From: Octopus sinensis
Taxonomy: Eukaryota
DNA: 64,000 bases
Direction: 5' to 3'
NCBI RefSeq assembly: GCF_006345805.1
Contig: NC_043005.1
Coordinates: forward strand, 74,896,001 to 74,960,000
Below, piece by piece: positions 1-12,377 of this stretch. A program made the translations under genes and the position numbers. Within the stretch, counting starts at the first letter, position 1, and every line of letters starts with the position of its first letter. The notes under the pieces were generated by a model that made no database searches, was not told the origin of the DNA, and saw nothing but the letters and a program-made list of their open reading frames with translations.

Positions 1-73
1 TCAATCTTCAGTCAAGAACCGGATCATCTTCGCAATTTCGGCTGATTAATCTTGAGATTGTCCGACCTGGCCA

Positions 74-107
<34 letters not shown>

Positions 108-663
108 TGCTATTACCTACTGCCAAGCCTTCACAAAAGTAAAAAAGAGAGAGAGACAGACAGACAGCAAAAAGGAAAATGACGCTTGGTTTGGAAAATT
201 ATGGAAATATTTTTTAAAAAAGCATTTCACTTAATTTTTCCACAATTTAATTGCTTTTCATGCTTTACTCTAAGTTGAAAAATTCGCAAAGACTGAAACC
301 GGTACTAAAATGTTCTTCATGATAAAATTATTTTTGCATTTTCTACCTTGTCTTATTTTCCTTATACGTGGTGTGTGGTGTGTATGTATATATATGTATG
401 ATTAATGTATATGTATGTAGTATGTATGTATGGTATGTATGTATGTATGTATGTATGTATGTATGTATGGTTATGTATGTATATGTAGTACGTATGTATG
501 TATATATAATGTATGTATATATATGTATGTATATATAAGTTTATATATATATATATATAATAATATATATATGTGTATTATAGTTTATATATATATATAT
601 ATATATAAACTTATATATAAAATGTAGGTATTTAGGGAAAATCCCAGCTGTTTCCTTTGGAGC

Positions 664-694
<31 letters not shown>

Positions 695-849
695 TAAAAA
701 CGTAAGATAACAAAAGAAAGAAAGAGACCTCAATATTATGTAAATAGAGAAATTTATCTGTAAATTAATATGTGATAATTATTCAATAGCCAAGATAAAA
801 CTCTGAGTTTTTTATCTTGGCTATTGAATAGTTGTCACATTATTAATTT

Positions 850-912
<63 letters not shown>

Positions 913-1198
913 GTGCCTGTGTGCGCGCGCGCGTGTGTGCAGGCTGGAACACTGCTTTGAAAGGTTTCAAGTTGAACAAATCGTACTTCTTTATATAAAG
1001 TTTGATGCTTATTCTGTCGGGCCATTTTTGCCGGACCGTTCAATTACGGGGACATTAACCATATATTCTTTTGAGGTCAAAACGTTTCTTAAGTTATCAA
1101 TGCACCGTATAAATCGTTCATCATCTGATGACGTCTGTTTCGATTGAAACGATCTGCTAACTGGAGAGGATTATATTCCACATATACGCGTACATACA

Positions 1199-1232
<34 letters not shown>

Positions 1233-1357
1233 CATATGTATATATATATACACATACATACGTATGTATGTATGTATGTATATATATATATACATACGTA
1301 TATATGCTTCAACAGGAAACAGCTGTGATTTGTTCTAAATACCTACATGATATATAT

Positions 1358-1416
<59 letters not shown>

Positions 1417-1624
1417 CATGATAGATCGCCATGATAGATCGTTAGCCACTACACACATATTTTTCTCTCCTGGTTTCTCCCCTTGTTTTTTCTGTGACCC
1501 TTTCTGTAGAAGAGCGTAGGCTCGAACGTAAAAGACTTTTCTATTCCTAAGCGTTATACTAATACATCTGTTTGCTTTGTACACCACCTGTCTTCGTCTT
1601 TTGTTTTTTTCGTAACTCTCCCTA

Positions 1625-1664
<40 letters not shown>

Positions 1665-1921
1665 TATATATATATATATATATATATTATTCAAAGAATT
1701 CCAACTCTGTTCTTTATGTTTTATTTATATTCTTAATAATATTAATGTAGAATATAGAATATATAGTATAACTAGTATATATATAGTAAAATGAAATGAA
1801 GTATTGATTGTCTTATTGAATAGATAAAATATTGAATATATCAAATATTAAGGGATTAGTATACTTTCTTGCATTAAAGCCGTCTTCAAGGTCCCAGATT
1901 GTGACATGAGTGTTTCAACTG

Positions 1922-1988
<67 letters not shown>

Positions 1989-2057
1989 GTCTATCTATCT
2001 ATCTATCTATCTGTCTATCTATCTATCCGTCCATCCATCCATCCATCTAGATAGATT

Positions 2058-2098
<41 letters not shown>

Positions 2099-2743
2099 GT
2101 AGATAGATAGATAGATAGATATAATTTTGATCAGCCATCTACTTGATAGCAAGGCTTGGAAGGAAAGCATTTTGTTTCAATTATTATCTTTTAAAATATA
2201 TGATCTAGCCTATTTTTATAGTCTCAGATATCGTAATCGTTTGTAGCGTAAGATTTAAGGATTTACGTTCTCCCCAAACCGGTTCGTGTGTATCCCGTTG
2301 GTCCATTAATAGGTACGAAGCTGAAAGTGTATCTTGGGTACTGGATTTGCAAACTCCTTATCAATGGTCCATAGATGTCCTCTTTCTCTCTTTTTTTTAA
2401 AATCTACGTGAGAAAATATAGAGATTAAGAATATGCGAGGTGGAGGGGGAGAAACAAATTTTAATTTCAATTTTTTTTTTGCAAAAAACTCAAAAACTTA
2501 CCCACACCCCATCCCGCTATCTGCAAGTGGAAATGAACGACTGCTTTGTCCGTTTCTGCATGCGTAGATTTATAGTGAAACAGCAAAAAGAGCACGGCGT
2601 GTGAATCCCTCAGCACGAAACTCGATATGCTAAAAATAACAGCTAAATATCTGGAGAATTTTTGTGTTTCTGTATGCGCGCAACAATTTCTACAGCTTAT
2701 CCGAATGAACAGAGAAAGAAGTACACAGAAATATATTTTACAT

Positions 2744-3434
2744 ACAGAGAATGAGGTAAACAAATTGAAAAAATTAGTTCCTCTTAGTCGAGATTACGAT
2801 GGTGACCGAAGAGAAGGAATTAACAACTCAGTCTGCAGTGAAGTGTCCACTATATTTAAAGGGAAACTACAAACCAGTGGTTACTTCTACAGGAACAGAT
2901 AAAGAAGAAATTACAAGGAGGAGAGGGCATTGATGTCGGCTACAGGGAGTCATTGATGTCACACCTGAATGCACACATTGCAAGGACAAGGCATCAAGAG
3001 AAAAGCATCAAGATGTTCTCCTCCAGAAATTATTCAAACTGAAACAAGAGTAAGGAATTGAGTCTACTCCACTGTTTCTTATCTTGAGTGGAAGTGAAGG
3101 TTCACAGAGAGTTCCTGCGAACAATAATGTACCACAGCCAAGTTCGAGTTCAGCTGATGGTGGCAGTGAAACTGTAACAACACAGAATGAAGTCGACTCC
3201 AGTGTAACAGCACCAACAAACACTTCTGCAAGATGGGGCCACTTCTGGGCCTGTTTAATACTGAACAAGTCTTAGTCAATCAGTGCCAAGATGACTATGA
3301 AAATGGTGGATACAGCCCAAAACTTCTTCGTTTTGGAAGAATTGGAGTGTGATGCCATTGTCTTTGATTCTGTTGATGATTTATAGAAATTACGGCTAGT
3401 TCGAGAACAGGTGTTAATTACAGGTCGAGTCAAA
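2744..3434 (+). pseudogene. CACTIN: Cactin (spliceosome C-complex factor) fragment, middle region, disrupted
   Basis: Frame-corrected translation TENEVNKLKK...DRREGINNSVCSEVSTIFKGK/TTNQWLLLQEQIKKKLQGGEGIDVGYRESL...HQDVLLQKLFKLKQE*GIESTPLFLIL...QCQDDYENGGYSPKLL/EELECDAIVFDSVDDL*KLRLVREQVLITG follows the remembered metazoan cactin sequence (ERREGVNASVSSDVQSVFKGK; RHQDVLRQKLYKLKQEQGVESEPLFPIL; DDYDAGRYSPRLL; DEDLQRLQLSRQQLQVTG). About 4 frameshifts (near 2865, 2995, 3255, 3335) and stops TAA 3051-3053 and TAG 3384-3386. Confidence 0.85.
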
Positions 3435-3583
3435 TTGGATACCTGTCGTATACGTTGTTTTTTTTTTTTTTTTTTTACTTTAAAGGTAAACGATTCTTTT
3501 AGAAGCAATTGCTTCGCTGTCAATTCATTGGATTAACCCTGTAATGACGCCTGGTTCCAGACGACATTTTGGGATTTTCATCC

Positions 3584-3644
3584 ACGCATGCGCAGTGATT
3601 AGTCTTTCGGAAGGCCTGCCGGAAGCCCCTCATGCGCATGTGCA
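3584..3644. promoter_or_regulatory. Candidate housekeeping-type promoter: two NRF1-like and two ETS-like motifs
   Basis: ACGCATGCGCA 3584-3594, TCGGAAG 3607-3613, CCGGAAG 3619-3625 and TGCGCATGTGCA 3633-3644, in a locally GC/CpG-richer patch. A GTAAGG donor-like site follows at 3941. Confidence 0.4.
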
Positions 3645-4922
3645 GTCATCAGCAGCAGCTAGGCTTGACCGCTATTCTCTCTCTTCGGCCCCCGGCTTCT
3701 GACCAGACAGGACGCAACTTAGACCAGCTCCGTGGAGTTGGCATTCTGACGGCGATCGACGTTGCAAGTCTGTGAAAATGCCTTCTTATTTTGTGTCTAA
3801 CTACTAACCCTGCTGCTTCTACTTGCCCAGCATCCAGGCTACCGAAGTCCAGAGATGAAAATACTTATTTCGGCGAAATAAATTATTATTGTTGTTTGTT
3901 CGGAGATTCTTGTTCCCGCTATTTTCCTTTCTACAACTATGTAAGGAATTGTGAGGCACCCAACCAGTGTCGACTTCACTTCCTACAACCCTAACAAAAT
4001 ACAAGTTAAGTCACTGGCTCAGCACCTATGTTTGTGTTTTTCATTCCAAAATAATCTGGTGAAAAAAAAATCGGAAAGATAAGTTTAGGGAGGATGACAG
4101 AGCGCTAGGTCCCGCCTGTGTGTGTATATGTATGTGTGTGTGTGTGTGTATGTGTGTGTGTATATATTTGTGTGTGTATATGTATGCGTGTGTATATATG
4201 TGTGTGTGTATGTATGTGTGTGTGGAGATAACAATGCCCTATTTCCGAATCAATGGAACTACCTTTTGGTTAAATCTCTAATTTTTACAAGTGCACCTTT
4301 ACCATTTTTTCTTTGCATATTCGTAATCTCCGATTTCTAAAGAAATCTCAGGAATCCGAAGAAATTTTTAAAAAATGCATGTTTGAAATTGAGATGCGAA
4401 ACTGCATTAGCACCATTTCGGTAAATTTCTTTACCCATATTTTTAGATAACATTTTGCAGGAATATTTTTTCGAAAGTGTGGAATAAGTGAAAATGCTAA
4501 AGCTTAGTGGTAAGAAAGCCTGGGCAGGACAGGTAAAAAGAATGATACAAAATTCTAAAAAAGAAAAAAAAAAAAGTGAAGAAAACTTAGTGCTTGCGTG
4601 AAACAAGTATAAATATAATATTAAAACAAAATAATTTGTTCGTACTTCATAAAATTCACTGGAATATTAATCCCAGATTACAGAATAGATCTGAAGGAAA
4701 AGTTTCACTTTGCCTTTGTAGGTTTTCCCGTGTAACTTGTAATTGGGGTAACTAATGCCTTTCATTTTTGTGTGCAGAGAGAGAGAGAGAGAGATATTGT
4801 CATGTATGTACTTTTTTTGCATGTATGCGTAAATAGCACACACATACAATTTTATGTGAATGAACTTTGCCTAACCTTTCAATGGTATAGCAACATCATG
4901 GGTTAAACGGAGCGAGTGATTT

Positions 4923-4959
<37 letters not shown>

Positions 4960-5645
4960 AAGGTATAAAACACAAACGGAAATCGTCAAAACATAACTAG
5001 CATGAAAAAGTCGATAACACAACAACGGCAAACAGGACAGAAACAAGATACACGGATCATTCGCTGCCAATTGCTTCTTCAGTCGGAGTCTGGAATGTCC
5101 ACGTAATTTCGCCCAATCCTCTCCGATACTACTCGAAACCAGTTGGGCCAAGATAATGTGTGTGTGTGTGTGCTATTTACACATAGATGCCAAAAAAAAG
5201 AAAAAATTACGTGACAACATCTCGACTCATTCTCTCTCTCAGCACAAAAATGAAACGCATTAATTACCCCGATTACAATATAATCAGGAAACTTTTCCTC
5301 TGCAAACTGGGATTAATATATTCGGTGATTTTATGAGGTAGGAAAAAGATATTTTGTTTTAATTTTATACTTTTATTTGTTTCACACAAGCACTAAAGGT
5401 TGTTTTGGTTTTTTTTAGAATTTTGTATCATTCTTTACCTGTCCTGTCCAGGCCAGGTATAGATACTTAATTAAATACCAATATTTTAATGTTTGAACGA
5501 CTGTGGGTCTTTACTAGGGTTTTTTTTTTATAAGCGGGACTTAAACCTGTATCCCCAATAAAACATTTTATACATTACATGCCCATAAAATGCTTCGTAG
5601 ATCTTATTCGGCTATTCTTTACTACTAAGTTTTAGCATTTTCAAT

Positions 5646-6041
5646 GGAGGCGCAATGGCCCAGTGGTTAGGGCAGCGGACGCGCGGTCATAGGAAACCGA
5701 TCATAGGATCGCGGTTTCGATTCCCAGACCGGGCGTTGTGAGTGTTTATTGAACGATAACACCTAAAGTTCCACGAGGCTCCGGCAGGGATGGTGGTGAT
5801 CCCTGCTGTACTCTTTCACCACAACTTTCTCTCACTCTTACTTCCTGTTTCTGTTGTACCTGTATTTCAAGGGGCCGGCCTTGTCACTCTCTGTGTCACG
5901 CTGAATATCCCCGAGAACTACGTTAAGGGTGCACGTGTCTGTGGAGTGCTCAGCCACTTACACGTTAATTTCACGAGCAGGCTGTTCCGTTGATTCGGAT
6001 CAACCGGAACCCTCATCGTCGTAACCGACAGAGTGCTTCCA
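5646..6041 (+). mobile_element. tRNA-derived SINE, family D (GGAGGCGCAATGGCCCAGTGG head)
   Basis: A-box/B-box-like head (TGGCCCAGTGGTTAGGGCAGCGG...GGTTTCGATTCCC). Near-identical reverse copy at 51510-51891. Confidence 0.8.
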
Positions 6042-7525
6042 TCCATAGCATTTTCAATTATTCCACACTTTCGAAAAAATATTTCTGCAAAATGTTATCT
6101 GAAAATATGGGTAAAGAAATTTACCGAAATGGTGCTAATGCAGTTTCGAACGTCACCTACAAAAATGCATGTTTTTGAAATGTCTTCGGATTCCTAGGTT
6201 TTATTTAGATATTGGAGATTACGAATATACCAAAAAATTTTTTGGCAATGTTTCGTTTGTCGTAGCACACGTTTCCGTCGATTTCCGTAAAAAATGTAAA
6301 CACTGAATCGGCCATACATACATACATACATACATACATACATACATACACACACACATACATACACACACACATACATAGATACATACACACACACACA
6401 TACATGCAGACATACATATACACATACACCGAGTAAAAAATTACACTGAATCGGCCATACATACATACACACACACACATACTTACACACACACACACAC
6501 ATACATACACACACACATACATAGATACATACACACACACACACATACATAAACACATACACCGAGTAAAAAATTTCAGTTTTCCGACGGAAACGTGTGC
6601 TACGACAAACGAAACTTCGCCAATTTTTTTTTAAACGGTAAAGGTAGTTCCATTGATTCGGAAATAGGGCATTGTTATCGTCACACATACATATACATAC
6701 ATACATACATACATATATATACACACACACATATATCTACAAACACATTTATATATTCACACGCATACATATATACACACACATATATACCACACAAATA
6801 TATACACTCACACATACACACACATATACACCCATATTTATATACACACACTTATATACACAAATACTCACACACACTTATACACACACATATACACACA
6901 CATATACACACACAAATATACATACACACATATATATACACACATATATACACACACAAATATACATACACACATATGTATATATATACATATATACACA
7001 CATACATAGATTACAAAAGATAACGAAAGAATACCGTACGGGTGTTTGGCTCAACAAAGATGGTGCAGTGTGGCTAGGAAGATTTGGCTGTTATTTCTAA
7101 AAGGACGAATGCTACTGGAAAGGTTCCCTTGCCAACAAGGGAATCTCTCATGTAAGAATTTCGCCTGTGAATGTGTGTGGGGGGATTTTCCTGTGAAATG
7201 GGGAGGGGGGGTTCCTAGGGTCACATCCCACCCCACCCCGTTTTCCGGACAAAAAAATGATTTTGTGGCATATTAGGAGCTCACCATAATTCATTCATTC
7301 TACGAAAAACAAATTTTCCGAAAAATCCGGGGGAGTGGGAGTGGGAGTCCCCTCGCCTTCTCACCTTTTCCGAACCTCCAGAATAAGGGATTGGCATGGA
7401 AGTAGGCGGCCAGGGCAGTTGATTCCATGCGAATACTACCAAAGCCATTTTGGATTATCTTTAGGCTAGCTGGAATTTCTGTAATAAGGCTCCGGATGGA
7501 CTGGTTACAATTTAGAAAGCTAAGT

Positions 7526-7931
7526 GCTCGCAGGAGTGGCTGTGTGATAAGTAGCTTGCTAACCAACTACATGGTTCCGGGTTCAGTCCCATTGCGTGGC
7601 ATCTTGGGCAAGTGTCTTCTGCTATAGCCCCGGGCCGACCAATGCCTTGTGAGTGGATTTGGTAGACGGAAACTGAAAGAAGCCTGTCGTATATATGTAT
7701 ATATATATAAGTGTGTGTGTGTATATGTTTGTGTGTCTGTGTTTGTCCCCCTAGCATTGCTTGACAACCGATGCTGGTGTGTTTACGTCCCCGTCACTTA
7801 GCGGTTCGGCAAAAGAGACCGATAGAATAAGTACTGGGCTTACAAAGAATAAGCCCCGGGGTCGATTTGCTCGACTAAAGGCGGTGCTCCAGCATGGCCG
7901 CAGTCAAATGACTGAAACAAGTAAAAGAGTA
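7526..7931 (+). mobile_element. tRNA-derived SINE, family A (CORE-like segment, internal TA/TG microsatellite)
   Basis: Head CAGGAGTGGCTGTGTG...GGTTCAGTCCC, then CTTGGGCAAGTGTCTT, ending CAAGTAAAAGAGT. Near-identical copies at 61305-61710, 52822-53215, 44806-45190 and 26640-27025. Confidence 0.85.
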
Positions 7932-8016
7932 ATACTGTGGAATATACGAGGAGGGGATTAAAAATTTTGAAAATAATCTTAACAGAATCAATATTTGCGT
8001 TGTTAATCGTTTAAAA

Positions 8017-8335
8017 AGACTCCGCCGGTTACGACGACGAGGGTCCCAGCTGATACGATCAACGGAACAGCTTGCTCGTGAAATTAACGTGCAAATGGCT
8101 GAGCATTCCACAGACACGTGTACCCTTAACGTAGTTCTCGGGGATAATCAGCGTGATACAGAGAGTGACAAGGCTGACCCTTTGAAATACAAGTACAACT
8201 CATTTTTGCCAGCTGAGTGGACTGGAGCAACGTGAAATAAAGTGTCTTGCTCAAGGACACAACGCGTCGCCGGGAATCGAACTCACAACCTTACGATCAT
8301 GAGCCGAATGCCCTAAGCACTAAGCCACGCGCCCT
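8017..8335 (-). mobile_element. tRNA-derived SINE sharing its 3' half with family D but carrying a different head
   Basis: Minus strand reads GGGCGCGTGGCTTAGTGCTTAGGGCA...GAGTTCGATTCCCGG, followed by the family D 3' region (GAGAACTACGTTAAGGGTACACGTGTCTGTGGA...GTAACC). Confidence 0.7.
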
Positions 8336-8869
8336 CTGTTAATCGTTACATGGTGAATAAATGCATTCAAGTTGATGGCGATCAGTCTCTTCCTCCATGT
8401 GTTAAAAGTAAACTCGAGTTGACAGGGGTTGTTATAAGTAAACTCAATTGAGTTGAGAGCAAACTCAATAGGGTTAAGGAATATAAGTTTGGTTTTTGTT
8501 TGTAACTCAATCCGATTAGTCTCTTTTGGAAAGCTGTTCAAGAATCATGCTCTAATTCTCCAGTTTTACTTGAATTTCCAAACGTACATTCACGTTTCAT
8601 TAAAGCAATCATTAATACATACGAAAGTAAATACTTCCAAAACTATGGCGATTAATCTCATATAGTTAAACCGATATTCAATTGTCTTGCCCGCTAATCT
8701 CTGCAATGAAACTCTTTTTGTATAATAATTCTTTCTACTTAGACACAAGGCTTGGAATTTTTGGGGGTGGAACTAAACTGATCTTTCCGGTCCCCCCCTT
8801 TTTTTTTCACCGGATTCCTATGTAAAAAACTATGTTTTCAAAATTTTTTAGCTCAATAGAGGCCATCGA

Positions 8870-9110
8870 TTGGTTAAAATTCGAAAAATTAAACTACGTT
8901 AAACTTACAAATTACAATTTTCTCAAAAAAGCCAAAAGAAAAAAATGTTTGGATCTTTTCATTTTGAAGGCCAGATTTTCCTAGTTAACTAAACAATTTG
9001 AAACTTCGTATATTGGTAGAATGTGTCAAAAGAAAACATTATTGTAAACAAAATTGTAATTCGTAACTTAAACGTAGTTTAATTTTAAGAATTTTAACCA
9101 ATGAAATCGC
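8870..9110. mobile_element. MITE-like element with about 50-bp terminal inverted repeats; an inverted second copy lies at about 10010-10190
   Basis: TTGGTTAAAATTCGAAAAATTAAACTACG at 8870 is mirrored by CGTAGTTTAATTTTAAGAATTTTAACCAA near 9075-9100. 8945-9110 is the reverse complement of about 10010-10190. Confidence 0.6.
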
Positions 9111-9546
9111 AGCATTCGAGCTCAAATTATTTACCTCTTCTTCTGTCTTCTACATGTGCTAGAAATAACAGCTATATCTCTTAAATCGATTAATTTCGTC
9201 GCCCAATAAAAATATTAACGATATTTTTTAAATATTTTTTACCGAAAAGGCTTCTCCCATGGTTTTGAAGGGCCAGAAACAACAAAAACAAAACAATAAT
9301 ATGCCTAAATCGGTCTCGAGTTTGCGCGTGGAGTGTGAGTAGTATTGTAAAAATTTGTCGGAAGCTGTGATATAAATTGGGAAAAAAATCCTCGACACCA
9401 GTGCGTAATTGGTACTTAATTTATCGACCCCGAAACGATGAAACATTGACCTCCCCAATTCTGGTTTATTTACCTTTTGTGCAAATTTGTTACGGCAAGT
9501 GGCAAAACACGAACGTGTATTTTTGCTTGTGTGCGTATATGTATAT

Positions 9547-9886
9547 GTCCGTTTGTATGTGTGTGTATGCTTATATATTAATTACTATGTGTGTGTGTGT
9601 GTGTGTCCGTTTGTATGTGTGTGTACGCTTATATATTAATTACTATGTGTGTGTGTGTGTGTGTGTGTATGTCCGTTTGTATGTGTGTGTACGCTTATAT
9701 ATTAATTACTATGTGTGTGTGTGTGTCCGTTTGTATGTGTGTGTACGCTTATATATTAATTACTATGTGTGTGTGTGTGTGTCCGTTTGTATGTGTGTGT
9801 ACGCTTATATATTAATTACTATGTGTGTGTGTGTGTATATGTCCGTTTGTATGTGTGTGTACGCTTATATATTAATTACTATGTGC
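9547..9886. repeat. Minisatellite, 6 copies of GTCCGTTTGTATGTGTGTGTACGCTTATATATTAATTACTAT(GT)n, about 55-65 bp unit
   Basis: Unit starts seen near 9547, 9605, 9671, 9725, 9781 and 9841. Confidence 0.9.
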
Positions 9887-9896
9887 TTGTGCAAAT

Positions 9897-9932
<36 letters not shown>

Positions 9933-11049
9933 TGCGTCTGCTATATTTCTTTATCAATATCGATAACGCAGCAATGCTGGGATTTCATTGGTTAAAATTC
10001 GAAGATGTTGGGATTTCATTGGTTAAAATTCGTAAAAATTAAACTACGTTTAAGTTACGAATAACAATTTTGTTTTCAATTTTGTTTACAATAATGTTTT
10101 CTTTTGACACATTCTACCAGTATACGAAGTTTCAAATTGTTTAGTTAACTAGGAAAATCTGGCCTTCAAAATGAAAAGATCCAAATGTTTTATTTTTACA
10201 CATTCTACCAGTATACGAAGTTTTAAAGTGTTTAGTTAACTAGAAATTGTGTTGAAAATTGCCGTTCAAAAGGAAAAGATCCAACCAAACTAAATATTAG
10301 AGATTTAAATTCGTGTCTGCCATTCTACATTCAATTCTTAACATCTTCTCCATTAGAAAAATAGAAATAGATTCATAGGGAAGCACAATGGAGTATTTAT
10401 TTCCTTCTCGACAACATTAACGGATTTAAGTCAAGTCAATTGCCTTTAACGATAAATCGAAATTGTTTTCTGAACACTTGCCTATTCCTGTTCAACAAAG
10501 CTCACCTTCAATAATTAGGTTAAGTTATTTTATCAAATTTTCGGCTGTTGTGTGTGTGTGTGTGTGAGTGTGTGTCTGTGTGTGTGTGTCTGTGTGTGTG
10601 TGTGTCTGTGTCTGTGTCTGTGTGTGTGTGTGTCCACAGTGCTTCACAGCCGGTGCTGGTTTGTTTAACGTCCCCTTAGCGGTTCAGCGAAAGAGGCGGT
10701 AGAATAAGAACCAGACTTTAAAAAAATATATTGGAGTACATGTCCAACTAAGCCCTTCAAAGTGGTGCTACAGCATGACCACAGTACAGTGATCGACATA
10801 AATAACGGGGCAAAAGAATATAAATTATTTGTATAAAGTATTAAAGTATTAATCCTGGCTGGATTTTCCTGTTTGCTGGGACTGACCTCTCACCTGACGG
10901 ATTAGCTAAAAGCGGAAAAAAAGAAAAGAAAGAAAAATTGAGATGTAAGAGAGCAGTCCCTTTTGTTGTTCAAGCGTTCTTGTCATAAATGTTTACCTCT
11001 TTAAACCTTAAGAATATTTAAAAATATTCTTTCAATATTTTAGACTTAA

Positions 11050-11445
11050 TCTCTCTCTATGTATATAAAGCTGAAGTTGTCTGTGTATGGCAGGTTTGGT
11101 AGCCTTCAACTAACACTATCTCCTCCGAGACCCTGCGGCGCAAGTTGACTAAAACTGAGAGTAGATAGAAGAAGGCTAGCTCTTCCTTCCGTAGAAGAAA
11201 AAATTCAAATCGGACCATGTTAACACCAAAAATTATTTACATCAAAAAAGTGCTTTTTTTCTATGAAAATCCCTATCTTTTACGATTTTTTTTACTGCTG
11301 TGTCGCCATTTTTCGGTGTATTTCAACCAGAAAAATGTTCACTTAAAGAGAATAACAAGCTACATAATGCAAAATTTTTACTTTTCAAAAATTCCAATTG
11401 TAAAGTGTCGAAACAAATCCGAGCAACGCCGAGCGATACTGCTAG
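11050..11445 (+). mobile_element. Non-autonomous Helitron
   Basis: Inserted in an A|T site. 5' end TC(TC)TATGTATATAAAGCTGAAGTTG; 3' end CCGAGCAACGCCGAGCGATACTGCTAG. Ends shared with 31151-31450. Confidence 0.75.
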
Positions 11446-11569
11446 TATATGTAAATGTTGATATTCTGACGACTGAAAATTCAAACTTAGTAGTACTGTT
11501 TTATGTTAATATTGATTTCTGACAGAAATGCATGCTGGCAAGATTTGTGGGAGGAAGTGTAATTGATTA

Positions 11570-12081
11570 CCGTAAATCCTCGAGTATAGTCCACCCTTGA
11601 GTATAATATGCACGGGATTTTTAGGGGGTTGTACCTCTGAAAAACCTAAACCTTGTGTATAATACGCACCCCTTCTCTAACTTGAGTCAAGGAAGTCTAT
11701 ATAACGTCCTTGGTTTGTAAAAATGTATACGGTAACGTGTTTTATTATTATTCTATATGTAACATAATGCAAATGTGTACCTATTTTGTGCATTTTGCTT
11801 GCAGAAAATAAAGAAATAACAGTAATAACGTTTAATAAATGTTGCTTATTGCAAGTTATGGATGATTCTTTTATGACTTCATTGCTTTCAGGCTTAGCTT
11901 AAGGTATTTTCGTGCCTGACATCACAAAATGCGTCTGAATAAACATTGCCGGACAGCAAATAAAGACTGGGACATTGCTTAGAAAATAATTTTCATTTTT
12001 AACCACGTATATAGTACGCACTAGGGATTTTGACCTTTATATTTTGGGACAAAAGTGCGGATTATACTCGAGGATTTACGG
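11570..12081. mobile_element. Tc2/pogo-like (Tc1-mariner superfamily) MITE, 512 bp
   Basis: TIRs CCGTAAATCCTCGAGTATA...TATACTCGAGGATTTACGG with TA on both sides. Second copy at 33635-34144. Confidence 0.8.
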
Positions 12082-12377
12082 TACATACAAATCCCACATC
12101 TTTCTCTTGACGAAGTCGTGTGCTGATATGACCTGCCACGTGATTTAGCGTGAAACATTTCAAATTTTACCAGACAACAGATTTTTCGACGGCATATTTC
12201 AGCTGAAGTAAACAGGGTGGTTTCATTGTAAGGCTGAGAAACTGCCCTAGGATTTCAATACCCTGGCATCGGCATTGCTTTCGCCACAGACTTTTATACT
12301 TCTTGCAAGCCATAAATTCTCCAATATGCTAACCGTTCTAGGTTAGACAAACGGCTTGACAATATCTACAAGAACAA

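Noticed and set aside
3791-3994. Cys-containing 67-aa ORF
   Set aside because: Non-ATG start and no recognisable domain. More plausibly untranslated sequence next to the promoter-like patch.
5646-5735. tRNA gene
   Set aside because: The tRNA-like head continues into a repeated SINE body and has no proper cloverleaf end. The same applies to the other SINE heads.
6194-7100. Long ORFs rich in C/V/Y/M or H/T/Y/I (also 9377-10042, 36873-37301 and others)
   Set aside because: Translations of (GT)/(AT)/(CA) microsatellites.
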